From Myxococcales bacterium (GTDB lineage Bacteria > Myxococcota_A > Polyangia > Polyangiales > DASUME01): a stretch of DNA of 64,000 bases. Below are positions 30,579-39,216 of the stretch, one piece after another. Both the position numbers and the translations under genes were made by a program. Position 1 is the first letter of the stretch, and each line of letters opens with the position of its first letter. A model generated the notes under the pieces. That model did no database searches, was not told where the DNA came from, and worked only from the letters and a program-made list of their open reading frames with translations. The DNA lies in the NCBI GenBank assembly GCA_047601445.1, contig JASGJH010000001.1, positions 8,288,001 to 8,352,000 on the forward strand, in the 5' to 3' direction.

Positions 30579-30674
30579 TCTGGGTCGTACGCGTGCCCGT
30601 GCCCGTGCCCGTAAACGACTCTGCGGCGGCAGGGCGTGACACGCGTACGGGCACGGGCACGCGTACGACCCAGA
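30579..30674. repeat. Perfect 28-bp inverted repeat with GTGCCC hexamers
   Basis: TCTGGGTCGTACGCGTGCCCGTGCCCGT at 30579-30606 and its exact reverse complement at 30647-30674. Confidence 0.9.
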
Positions 30675-30804
30675 CCACGCGAGTCTCGCGTGAACGCTGC
30701 GTCCCACCACGACAGGGACGTCTGTGCCCTTTCATTCGCGGAGCCCGTGTGCATCTCGCTGGCCTGGACGCCACGCGCCAAGCCACATGGAAGGAAATGC
30801 CGTC

Positions 30805-31320
30805 ATGCCGACTCACATCGAAAAAGCCGCATCCAAGGTCATGGGGACCGCCAAGCAGGCCAAGGGCACGCTCGAAGGCCTCAAGGGCGTGTTCAAGACG
30901 TTGATGAAGGAACACGGTGAAGCGACCGCGCTCCTGTGGCGGGTGAAGGGGAGCGACGACCCCGAGACCAAGGCGCGCCTCTGGCCCACCATCCGCAGGG
31001 AACTGCTCGCCCACGAGCAGGGCGAACTGGCGATCGTCTATCCGGTCTACGCGGAGTATCCCGAGACCCGTAAGCTCGCCGTCCGTCACAATCAAGAGGC
31101 GGAGCGCCTGGCCTCGATGATCGGTCGAATCGACAAGCTGAATCCGCGCGATGAAGCCTTCACCGAGCTGTTCGAGCAGCTCGCGATGATGGTGAACGAG
31201 CACGTGGAGGAAGAGGAAGGGGAGATTTTTCCGGCCGGCCAGAAGACGTTCGGCGAACAAGCCGAAGAGCTCGACAAGGCCTACCTCAGCAAGAAGCAGG
31301 CGATCATGGGGAAGGACTAG
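30805..31320 (+). CDS. Hemerythrin (HHE)-domain protein
   Basis: MKEHGE, AHEQGE, RH, EHVEEEEGEIFP. Confidence 0.85.
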   Translation: MPTHIEKAASKVMGTAKQAKGTLEGLKGVFKTLMKEHGEATALLWRVKGSDDPETKARLWPTIRRELLAHEQGELAIVYPVYAEYPETRKLAVRHNQEAERLASMIGRIDKLNPRDEAFTELFEQLAMMVNEHVEEEEGEIFPAGQKTFGEQAEELDKAYLSKKQAIMGKD

Positions 31321-31441
31321 CCCTCCTCTCTACGTCGCGTGCGCGACTGCATCATGCTCGCGAAGGTCTTCTGGGCCTGCGAGCGCACGCGATTCGCTCA
31401 CCAGCGCATCGAACTGGCGAGCGCGGCCCAGGCAAAACGCC

Positions 31442-31846
31442 TCAGGGCTGCGTGGGATGGGTCGGGATGCCCTCGGGAATGGGCGCCCAGGGCTGCTTGG
31501 AGCGGGTCCAGGTGTGCATCTTGGGCTGGAGCCAGGAGGTGTCGTCGAGTGTTCCGGCACGCACGTTGACCACGGGCATCGCGTAGCTTGGCTGGTGGTA
31601 GATGCGCGTTCCGCATTCGGGGCAGAAGTAGCAGCGCAGGGGCCGCCCGCTGTCCGAGGAGCGCTCGAACAACTTGAGCTCACCCTCGTAAGAAAAGCCT
31701 TGCTCGGGGACCATCAAGCTCAGGCTGAACGCGCTGCCTGATGCACGCTGACACTCCTTGCAATGACAGGCTGCGAGGAACAACGGTTCGACCGAGATGC
31801 GATAGCGAACTCGGCCGCACTGACATCCACCTTCTCGTTGGGTCAT
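31442..31846 (-). CDS. GFA/CENP-V-family protein
   Basis: GGCQCG, CHCKECQR, FCPECG. Confidence 0.92.
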   Translation of the reverse strand: MTQREGGCQCGRVRYRISVEPLFLAACHCKECQRASGSAFSLSLMVPEQGFSYEGELKLFERSSDSGRPLRCYFCPECGTRIYHQPSYAMPVVNVRAGTLDDTSWLQPKMHTWTRSKQPWAPIPEGIPTHPTQP

Positions 31847-31897
31847 CGGCGAAAGCTAACCCGAACGCTGCCTCCGCCCAAGGGTGAATGCGAGCGC

Positions 31898-32327
31898 TCA
31901 ACCCTCACGCTCGGCGCGCCAGTTGTCGAGTCGCGCGCGGATTTCGTCGCGTGCGCGACGAAACCGCTCGATCAGTTGGTGCCGGGTGAGTGTCGGATCC
32001 TTGCTGGCAGGGTCCGCGACGGGCCAGTGCAGTCGCGTCGCCTTTCCGAGGAAGGCCGGGCACACCTCCTCGGCGCACAGCGTGATCACGAGGTTCACCT
32101 GCGTGGGGTCGATTTCTTCGACGGAACTTCGAGTGGTGGTGCGCGATGTCGATGTCGAGCTCACCCATCACCTGCACGGCGTACGGATGGACCCGCGAGG
32201 GCGCGCTGCCTGCACTTTGGATCAGAAAATGGTCGGGCAGCATGGACCGCGCCAGACCCTCGGCCATCTGGCTGCGCGCGGAGTTCGCCACGCAGAGGAA
32301 AAGGATGCCGGATGCCTTGTCAGCCAT
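31898..32327 (-). pseudogene. arsC: Arsenate reductase ArsC (LMW-PTP type), frameshifted (probably a sequencing error)
   Basis: [13 protein letters not shown] in one frame and [11 protein letters not shown]...HWPVADP in another; removing one A at 32125-32126 restores HSKSVEEID. Confidence 0.85.
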
Positions 32328-32337
32328 ACTCAATCTC

Positions 32338-32799
32338 TCACCTGGCTCGCGCGTAGGGGCTTGGGGGCGCTCGAATCCCTCGCTCCGCGCGCCAGTTCTC
32401 GATTCGCGCGCGGATCTCCTCGCGTACGCGGCGGAACCGCTCGAGCAGCTGCTCGTGCGTAAGCGCCGGGTCCGTGCTGGCGGGATCCGTCACCGGCCAG
32501 TCCAGTCGCGCGACTTTGCCGAGGGAGGCGGGAATCACCTCCTCTTCACACAGCGTGATCACGAGGTCTACCTCGGCGGGATCGATGCCGTCGACGGACT
32601 TCGCGTGTTGCCGTGTAGAATCGATTTCGAGCTCACGCATCACTTGCACGGCGCAGGGATGGACTTGAGTGGGCGCGCCGCCCGCGCTCTGGATCAAGAA
32701 GTGGGCTCCAAGCAGGGTGCGCGCCAGGCCCTCGGCCATTTGGCTACGCGCGGAGTTCGCCACGCACAGGAACAGGATTCCGTATGCCTCGTCGGCCAT
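32338..32799 (-). CDS. arsC: Arsenate reductase ArsC (LMW-PTP type)
   Basis: [17 protein letters not shown]-loop, VITLC, WPVTDP; directly downstream of acr3. Confidence 0.88.
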   Translation of the reverse strand: MADEAYGILFLCVANSARSQMAEGLARTLLGAHFLIQSAGGAPTQVHPCAVQVMRELEIDSTRQHAKSVDGIDPAEVDLVITLCEEEVIPASLGKVARLDWPVTDPASTDPALTHEQLLERFRRVREEIRARIENWRAERGIRAPPSPYARAR

Positions 32800-32801
32800 G
32801 C

Positions 32802-33899
32802 TCAACCTCCTACCTGGCCTGCGGCCAGGGGCTGCACCTCATGCCCAGGCATGGCGAAAAGGCGCCGCGCGCGCAACGCGAGGCCGACCAGCGCCAACAG
32901 CACGGGGACCTCCACCAACGGGCCGATGACGGCCGCGAACGCTTCCCCACTCTGGATTCCGAAGCTTCCGACCGCCACCGCGATCGCGAGCTCGAAGTTG
33001 TTGGAGGCTGCCGTCAGAGATAGCGTGACGGCCCGAGCATAGTCGGCGCCGACGGCGCGGCTCGACCACAGCGATAGGCCGAACATCACGCCGAAGTAGA
33101 GCAGCAAGGGGAGGGCGATGCGCAGGACGTCGGAGGGGAGCTCGAGCATGGCGTCACCCTTCAGGGAAAACATGACCAGGATGGTGAACAGCAGGGCCCA
33201 GAGCGTGAGCGGACCGATGCGCGGCAAGAAGCGGCTCTCGTACCAGCCGCCTCCGCGCCGAGATACGAGCACCTTGCGCGTCACGAAACCCGCCACGAAG
33301 GGTACGCCGAGATAGAGCCCAACGCTGGCTGCGATCTCTCCCATGCTCACATCGACGATGGCGCTCTTCAGCCCGAGCCAACCCGGCAGCAGCCCCGCGA
33401 ACAGGTAGGCATAGGCCGGAAAGAACAGCACCTGGAAGATGGAGTTGAAGGCCACGAGCCCCGCGCAATAGACCGGGTCACCGCGCGCGAGGTCGTTCCA
33501 CACCAGAACCATCGCGATGCAGCGCGCCAGACCGATGAGGATCAAGCCCAACATGTAGTCGGGTCGGTCCCGCAGAAACACCACCGCCAAACCGAACATC
33601 AGCAGCGGCCCCACCAGCCAGTTCTGCAGCATGGAGAGCAGAAGCACCTTGCGGTCGCGGAACACCTTGCCGAGCTCCTCGTAGCGGACCTTGGCGAGTG
33701 GAGGGAACATCATCAGCACGAGGCCGACCGCGATCGGCAGCGAGGTGGTGCCCACGCTCATGGCTCGCAGCGCGTCCGGCACCGCCGGGATGAGGCGCCC
33801 CAGCGAGACGCCCGAGGCCATGGCGAGAAAGATCCACCACGTCAGGTGGCGGTCGAGGAATGAGAGTCGATCTCGAAGCACGACAGGAGGCTCGGTCAT
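32802..33899 (-). CDS. acr3: Acr3-family arsenite efflux transporter
   Basis: [43 protein letters not shown]. Confidence 0.95.
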   Translation of the reverse strand: MTEPPVVLRDRLSFLDRHLTWWIFLAMASGVSLGRLIPAVPDALRAMSVGTTSLPIAVGLVLMMFPPLAKVRYEELGKVFRDRKVLLLSMLQNWLVGPLLMFGLAVVFLRDRPDYMLGLILIGLARCIAMVLVWNDLARGDPVYCAGLVAFNSIFQVLFFPAYAYLFAGLLPGWLGLKSAIVDVSMGEIAASVGLYLGVPFVAGFVTRKVLVSRRGGGWYESRFLPRIGPLTLWALLFTILVMFSLKGDAMLELPSDVLRIALPLLLYFGVMFGLSLWSSRAVGADYARAVTLSLTAASNNFELAIAVAVGSFGIQSGEAFAAVIGPLVEVPVLLALVGLALRARRLFAMPGHEVQPLAAGQVGG

Positions 33900-33943
33900 G
33901 GTCGCTTGTTCCAAAGAAGTCGAATTAGTGAACGCGCCGACGA

Positions 33944-34249
33944 TCAGCAGCGGCTCTTTCCTCGCTTACAGCAGTCTTCCCAGAGGTAGGCCGTGAGCGA
34001 CCGCAACGCGGCTAGCTGAGGCGCGTAATAGTGGAAGGTGCCTTCGCTCCGCGTGGTGATCAGGCCTGCTTCGAGCAGGCGCTTGAGATGATGGCTGAGC
34101 GTGGATGCGGGCAGATCCACGTGGGCCTGGATGTCGCCAGCCGAAGTGCCTTCCGGGCCGCCCTGCACCAGGAAGCGCAATACTGAGAGCCGCACGGGGT
34201 GGCCCAGTGCACTCAACTGTTCCGCATGCTGCTCGAGCTTCGAGCTCAC
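33944..34249 (-). CDS. arsR: ArsR-family repressor with C-terminal CC...C As(III) site
   Basis: [26 protein letters not shown]. Confidence 0.9.
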   Translation of the reverse strand: MSSKLEQHAEQLSALGHPVRLSVLRFLVQGGPEGTSAGDIQAHVDLPASTLSHHLKRLLEAGLITTRSEGTFHYYAPQLAALRSLTAYLWEDCCKRGKSRC

Positions 34250-34255
34250 TTGGTG

Positions 34256-34282
34256 CTTCTATTATTTTCGAAGTAGCTTGGC
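34256..34282. promoter_or_regulatory. Possible ArsR operator/promoter
   Basis: AT-rich imperfect palindrome around TTCGAA in the divergent arsR-arsM gap. Confidence 0.35.
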
Positions 34283-34346
34283 AAGAGGAACTGATTTTCT
34301 GCGCCCGCGAGCCGCGGTCGGCGTCTTGATGGTCGGAGGTCACGAG

Positions 34347-35201
34347 ATGACACAGCGAGCCAACCAGGATGTGCGGGCAGAAGTGCGCGAGGTGTATGGC
34401 CAAATTGCCCGGGGAATGAAGCCGAGCTGCTGCGGGACGGGTGGTTGCAGCGAAACGGCGGCGAGCCTGGCCCTCGGCTACTCGCGCGAGGATCTACTTC
34501 GGGTCCCCGAAGGCGCCGATCTGGGCCTGGGCTGCGGCAATCCGCAGGCCACGGCGGCGCTGCGGCCAGGAGAGGTAGTGCTGGACCTCGGCGCTGGCGC
34601 GGGTTTCGATTGCTTCCTGGCCGCCTATCAGGTGGGGCCCACCGGGAGCGTCATCGGAGTCGACATGACCCCCGAGATGATCGCGAAGGCTCGCCACAAC
34701 GCCGAGCGCACTCAGCTTGCAAACGTGGAGTTCCGACTGGGGGAGATCGAGCACCTGCCGCTGGCGGACGAGGCGGTGGACGTCGTGCTCTCGAATTGCG
34801 TGATCAACCTGAGCCCCGACAAGGCCTCCGTGTTCCGCGAGGCCTTTCGCGTGCTCAAACCCGGCGGGCGTTTGGCCATCTCGGACGTGGTGGCGACCGC
34901 GCCGATTCCTAGCGCGCTGGCGCAGCAGCTGAGGGCGGCGACTGCCTGCGTCTCGGGTGCGACCGAGCTTGCGACGCTCGAGGCGCTCCTGGTGGCCGCC
35001 GGCTTTCAGGAGGTGCGCATCGTCGTGAACGAGCAGAGTCGCGCCTTCATCGCGAGCTGGCTGCCGGGCTCGGGAGCCGAGCGCGCCATCGCGTCGGCGA
35101 GCATCGAAGCTCGGAAGCCAGCAAGCAACTGCTGCGTATCGACCTGCTGCGTCGACGCCGGCAATTCGGCGGACGAGCAGAACGGCGAGGCACCAGCATG
35201 A
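34347..35201 (+). CDS. arsM: Arsenite S-adenosylmethionine methyltransferase
   Basis: SCCG, LGLGCGNP, LDLGAGAGFD, SNCVINLSPDK, ACVSGA; GGAGG RBS. Confidence 0.92.
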   Translation: MTQRANQDVRAEVREVYGQIARGMKPSCCGTGGCSETAASLALGYSREDLLRVPEGADLGLGCGNPQATAALRPGEVVLDLGAGAGFDCFLAAYQVGPTGSVIGVDMTPEMIAKARHNAERTQLANVEFRLGEIEHLPLADEAVDVVLSNCVINLSPDKASVFREAFRVLKPGGRLAISDVVATAPIPSALAQQLRAATACVSGATELATLEALLVAAGFQEVRIVVNEQSRAFIASWLPGSGAERAIASASIEARKPASNCCVSTCCVDAGNSADEQNGEAPA

Positions 35202-35839
35202 TCGAGGCACACGCACGTCAGGCATGGCGCGAGCTGAGGGAGCAACTGCGGCCCTACGTGGCGCGCCGGGTACATTCCTCCGCGATCGACGACGTGTTGC
35301 AGGAGACCTTCCTGCGCCTGCAGCGGGGACTCCCTACTTTGCGCGAGGAGGATCGCTTCGGTCCCTGGGTCTATCGCGTCGCCCGCAGCGCCATCGCAGA
35401 CCACGGCAGGCGGGTAGCCCGGGCGCCCCGGTCCTGGGAGGGCTCCGACGAGACGGTGGATCCGCGGCTGGACGTGCAGGCAGGCGAAGAGGTGGAGGCC
35501 TTGTTGGCTGCCCAGCTCGGGCGCTTCGTGGCTCTGCTGCCTACTCCCCAACGCGAGGCCTTGACGCTGGTCGAGCTGCGGGGGTTGACGCTGCGAGAGG
35601 CGGCCGAGCTACTGGGCGTCACGCCGACATGTGCCAAGTCGAGGGTCCAGCGCGGGCGCGCCCGCCTGCGCGAGCTGCTCGAGCTCTGCTGTCGTATGGA
35701 CCTGGACGCGCGGGGGCGCCCCCTTACCTGTGAGCCTCGCACCGAGAGTCCGCTCGCCCAGGGCTGCGCCTGCCAGGGGAGTCCCGATGCAAAGCCGTCG
35801 CGGATTGCCGCGCAGGCTTTGCGCGACGGGGAGAACTGA
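35198..35839 (+). CDS. SigZ-like ECF sigma-70 factor with Cys-rich tail
   Basis: DDVLQETF, WVYRVAR, AKSRVQRGR, CCRMDLDARG...C...CAC; ATGA overlap with arsM. Confidence 0.85.
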   Translation: MIEAHARQAWRELREQLRPYVARRVHSSAIDDVLQETFLRLQRGLPTLREEDRFGPWVYRVARSAIADHGRRVARAPRSWEGSDETVDPRLDVQAGEEVEALLAAQLGRFVALLPTPQREALTLVELRGLTLREAAELLGVTPTCAKSRVQRGRARLRELLELCCRMDLDARGRPLTCEPRTESPLAQGCACQGSPDAKPSRIAAQALRDGEN

Positions 35840-35853
35840 CGCAAGTCCTGCGC
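35810..35853. promoter_or_regulatory. Paired GCGCA-N5-TGCGC enhancer sites
   Basis: GCGCAGGCTTTGCGC at 35810-35824 (perfect) and ACGCAAGTCCTGCGC at 35839-35853 (1 mismatch). Confidence 0.65.
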
Positions 35854-36055
35854 TCCAGGGCGCGCCCTGGGGCTTGCTGTCGGGAGTGCTCCGACAACTC
35901 CCGTCCCGGAGAGCGCGCCGTCGCGGCGGTCCGGGGATCGCGGGCACTTGCTCCGGGCACCAGCGCCGAAGGTGATCAACCGCCGTCCCGCGACCCGAAC
36001 CGCGCCTGCAAATGGTCCAAAGCGTGCACCTCTGAACGCCGGGGCGGGGGGGATC

Positions 36056-36520
36056 ATGCGGGTGAGGGATGTACTGCGTGGGTTTGTGTATTGCTGTGGC
36101 GCCGACGATCCAATCGATATGGCGATTCGTTTGATGCGGGACCGCAAGGTGGCCTGCTTGCCGGTGGTCGACGAAGAGCATCGTCCGATCGGGCACTTGA
36201 CGGAGCGCGAGCTGAAGCACGCGCGGGCGCACTGGGGCGGAGCTCTGCTGGCCATGCCGGTGCGGCGGGCGATGGCCGTGCGACCACCGATTTGCTTCGA
36301 CACCGACCCGCTCCGGCACGCGAGGTCGTTGATGAGGACCTGGGATGTCGATCACGTCTCCGTGGTTGACGGCAGCGGAAGTCTGGTGGGCCTCGTGTCG
36401 CGCCGGGACACGTCCTGGATGCACGAGTCGGGGGTCATCCGGACCGACGCCGTGGAGACCCAAGAGGAAGAAGAAGCTTGCAGCTGTCCGCTCTGCTTTC
36501 GCCCGGTGCGTGTGGCCTGA
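36056..36520 (+). CDS. CBS-domain protein
   Basis: MRVRDVL, CLPVVD, VSVVD...LVGLVSRRD; C-terminal CSCPLC. Confidence 0.8.
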   Translation: MRVRDVLRGFVYCCGADDPIDMAIRLMRDRKVACLPVVDEEHRPIGHLTERELKHARAHWGGALLAMPVRRAMAVRPPICFDTDPLRHARSLMRTWDVDHVSVVDGSGSLVGLVSRRDTSWMHESGVIRTDAVETQEEEEACSCPLCFRPVRVA

Positions 36521-36542
36521 AGTCCCTGGGGGGCAAGCGCTT

Positions 36543-36558
36543 TGGCCCGGCCCTTGCT
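36543..36558 (+). promoter_or_regulatory. Sigma54 (-24/-12) promoter
   Basis: TGGCCCGGCCCTTGCT (GG-N10-GC) about 47 bp upstream of the USP ATG. Confidence 0.65.
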
Positions 36559-36604
36559 CTGCGTTCGATCGCCGCAAGCTCGCGGTGGTTGAAAGGACGA
36601 AATC

Positions 36605-37231
36605 ATGTCAGCGCAAATTCTCGAGCGCGTGGCCGTGGTGGGCGTGGACTTTTCCGACGCCGGTGACCTGGCGATTCGGCGAGGCCTCGCGTGGCTGGCG
36701 GCGCAGCCAGACCGCACGCTCCACCTCTTCCACGTGATCGATCCGCGAGACGTGATCGATGACCCCGAGTATCCGGCGTTGCTGACCGAGGCCGATGGAC
36801 TCGCGCTGGCCCCGGACATGCTCGGACAACGCGCGCTGGCGCTGGCCCATATCCATGGCTTGTCCCAGGACCTGCACCGAGTGAAGACCCACGCTCGCAT
36901 CGGGCGCGCCGTCGAGACCCTGTTGCAAGCCTGCGCGGACTACGGGGCCGACCTGTTGTTCGTGGGCACCCACGGCCGGCGCGGCATCGAGCGCCTGGTG
37001 CTGGGGTCGGTCGCGGAGACCCTGGTTCGCAAAGCCCGCTGTCCGGTGATCGTCGCGCGGCAGAAGGACTACTCGGGTATCGAGAAGACGCCTCTTCCCG
37101 ACGCTCCCTATGCAGCAGGAGAAGCGCGACCCACGCGCAGCAAGGCCGCTGGCTTCGAGCCTACGCGCAGCACCGAGAGCGATAGCTGGCACCCCTCTGA
37201 CAACGGTCCCACCGGCGTACGCATCGTCTGA
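36605..37231 (+). CDS. Universal stress protein
   Basis: VVGVDFS, VGTHGRRG...LGSVAE...CPV. Confidence 0.9.
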   Translation: MSAQILERVAVVGVDFSDAGDLAIRRGLAWLAAQPDRTLHLFHVIDPRDVIDDPEYPALLTEADGLALAPDMLGQRALALAHIHGLSQDLHRVKTHARIGRAVETLLQACADYGADLLFVGTHGRRGIERLVLGSVAETLVRKARCPVIVARQKDYSGIEKTPLPDAPYAAGEARPTRSKAAGFEPTRSTESDSWHPSDNGPTGVRIV

Positions 37232-37246
37232 CCCCGGAGAATCGGC

Positions 37247-38584
37247 ATGCACACCAGGAGCTGGAGAGCGCACTACGAGGCGCGGTCGTTGGGACCCGCC
37301 GAGGCCATTGCCTTGTTGAAGCCCGGGCAACGCGTGCTGATCGGATCGGGCGCCGCCGAACCGGTGACGCTCGTGAACGCCCTGGTCGAGCACGGTAGCC
37401 AGCTCGACAATGTGGAGATCGTGCATCTCTTGACGCTCGGGCCTGCGCCCTACGTGAGGCCCGAGTATGCCGGACGCTTCCGGCATCGTGCGTTCTTCGT
37501 GGGCGCCAACGTGCGTGAGGCGGTGCAAGCGGGGCGTGCCGATTTCGTGCCGATCTTTCTCTCGGAAATACCGGGATTGATCCGCTCGGGGAGGCTGCCC
37601 ATCGACGTGGCCTTGATCCAGGTGAGTCCGCCCGACGAGCAGGGTTACGTAAGCCTGGGCGTTTCCGTCGACATCGTGCGCGCCGCGGTGGACACCGCGC
37701 GCCTGGTCGTGGCCGAAGTGAATCCGCGCATGCCCTTCACCTACGGGGACTCGCGCATCCCGGTGACCAGCATCGCCGGCTTCGTGCATGTGGATCGCCC
37801 GCTCTTGCTCGCCGAGTGCAGTGAGCCCGGACCGGTGGAGCGCGCCATCGCGGGCCACGTGGCCAGCCTGGTGTCGGATGGCTGCACGTTGCAGACCGGG
37901 ATCGGCAAGATTCCCGACGCCGTGCTGTCGGCGCTGGGAAATCACCGGGATTTGGGCGTGCACACCGAGATGTTCTCGGACGGCGTGATGCGGCTCGCGC
38001 AGGCGGGTGTGATCAACGGGTTACGCAAGACGCTGTTGCCCGGGCGCATCGTCACCTCCTTCGTGATGGGCAGCCAGGCCCTGTACGACTGGGTGCACGC
38101 GAACTCCGCGTTGGAGCTCAGGGGCTCTGACTTCGTGAACGACCCGGCGGTGATCGCTCTCAACGACCGCATGATCTCCATTAACTCTGCGCTGGCCGTG
38201 GATCTCACGGGCCAGGTGGCATCCGATACCGTGGACGGCAAGTTCTTCTCGGGCATCGGCGGTCAGGTGGACTTCGTGCGAGGCGCTTCCCACAGCAACC
38301 AGGGACGCTCCATCATCGCGCTGCCGTCCACCGCCAAAAGGGGCACCGTGAGCCGCATTCAAGCCGTCCTCGAGGCCGGCGCTGGCGTGGTGACGAGTCG
38401 CGGCGACGTGCACTTCGTGGTCACCGAGTACGGCATCGCCGACCTTTGGGGCAAGTCGATCCGGGAGCGCGCCCACGAGTTGGTCCGCATCGCGCACCCC
38501 GATTTCCGCTCCGAGCTGTACGCGCGCGCCGTGGAGCGCCGCTACGTCACAACGAGCTGCGTCAGCGCAGTGGAGGAAAAATGA
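37247..38584 (+). CDS. Acetyl-CoA hydrolase / 4-hydroxybutyrate CoA-transferase family
   Basis: TLQTGIGKIP, DLGVHTEMFSDG, SGIGGQVDF, VVTEYG, IAHPDFR. Confidence 0.93.
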   Translation: MHTRSWRAHYEARSLGPAEAIALLKPGQRVLIGSGAAEPVTLVNALVEHGSQLDNVEIVHLLTLGPAPYVRPEYAGRFRHRAFFVGANVREAVQAGRADFVPIFLSEIPGLIRSGRLPIDVALIQVSPPDEQGYVSLGVSVDIVRAAVDTARLVVAEVNPRMPFTYGDSRIPVTSIAGFVHVDRPLLLAECSEPGPVERAIAGHVASLVSDGCTLQTGIGKIPDAVLSALGNHRDLGVHTEMFSDGVMRLAQAGVINGLRKTLLPGRIVTSFVMGSQALYDWVHANSALELRGSDFVNDPAVIALNDRMISINSALAVDLTGQVASDTVDGKFFSGIGGQVDFVRGASHSNQGRSIIALPSTAKRGTVSRIQAVLEAGAGVVTSRGDVHFVVTEYGIADLWGKSIRERAHELVRIAHPDFRSELYARAVERRYVTTSCVSAVEEK

Positions 38585-39030
38585 CCCCGCTCAACAAGAT
38601 TATTTGTCCGATCGATTTCTCGCCAGGCTCGGACCACGCCCTGGGACGCGCCGCGGAGCTCGCGCGCGCCTTCGGTGCGGAGCTCGAACTTCTGCACGTC
38701 TTCCAGCTGCCCGTGCTGGCGCTACCCGACGTGCCTATCACGCTCAGTCCGACCTACGTGGCGGACTTGACTCAACGCATCCAGAAGCAGCTCGATCTGC
38801 ACGCGCGACAGCTGCGCGATCAGGGGCTGCGCGTGAAGACGAGCGTGCTCGAGGGGCCCGCCGCGGAGACCATCACGGATCACGCCAAGAAGTTCACCGC
38901 CAGCATGCTGGTGCTCGGCACCCATGGCCGCTCCGGCTTCAAGCGCTTCCTGCTCGGTAGCGTCGCCGAGCGCGTCGTGCGCCTCTCCAGCGTGCCCGTG
39001 ATGACGGTGCACCTGCCCGAAGGGGCGTGA
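38581..39030 (+). CDS. Universal stress protein
   Basis: IICPIDFS, LGTHGRSG...LGSVAERVVR. Confidence 0.92.
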   Translation: MTPLNKIICPIDFSPGSDHALGRAAELARAFGAELELLHVFQLPVLALPDVPITLSPTYVADLTQRIQKQLDLHARQLRDQGLRVKTSVLEGPAAETITDHAKKFTASMLVLGTHGRSGFKRFLLGSVAERVVRLSSVPVMTVHLPEGA

Positions 39031-39212
39031 CCTTAAGGCGGAAGGTCAAACCAGCTCGGTTCGTGTCGGTAAGCGTGGCCCTGGCCGTTGGCGCTCCCGT
39101 GATGGTGGCCGCGCTCGTGAGCGTGAACCAAATCGTGAGGGTGATCGACGCCCCCGCGCGCTCACGGCCGCGCCATGGCCACGGCGTCTCGCTCCACGGG
39201 TCTTGAACGCCC
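39031..39212. repeat. Intergenic repeat element of the same family as 53629-53965
   Basis: GGCGCTCCCGTGATGGTGGCCGCGCTCGTGAGCG (39090-39123) is the exact reverse complement of 53881-53914; the right ends are also similar. Confidence 0.8.
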
Positions 39213-39216
39213 GTTC

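Noticed and set aside
30424..31260. N-terminal extension of the 1008-aa ORF
   Set aside because: It is antisense to the hemerythrin gene and crosses the hairpin; the lipoprotein start is at 30423.
31898..35839. ars cluster as a mobile island
   Set aside because: No integrase, transposase, tRNA or flanking direct repeats seen.
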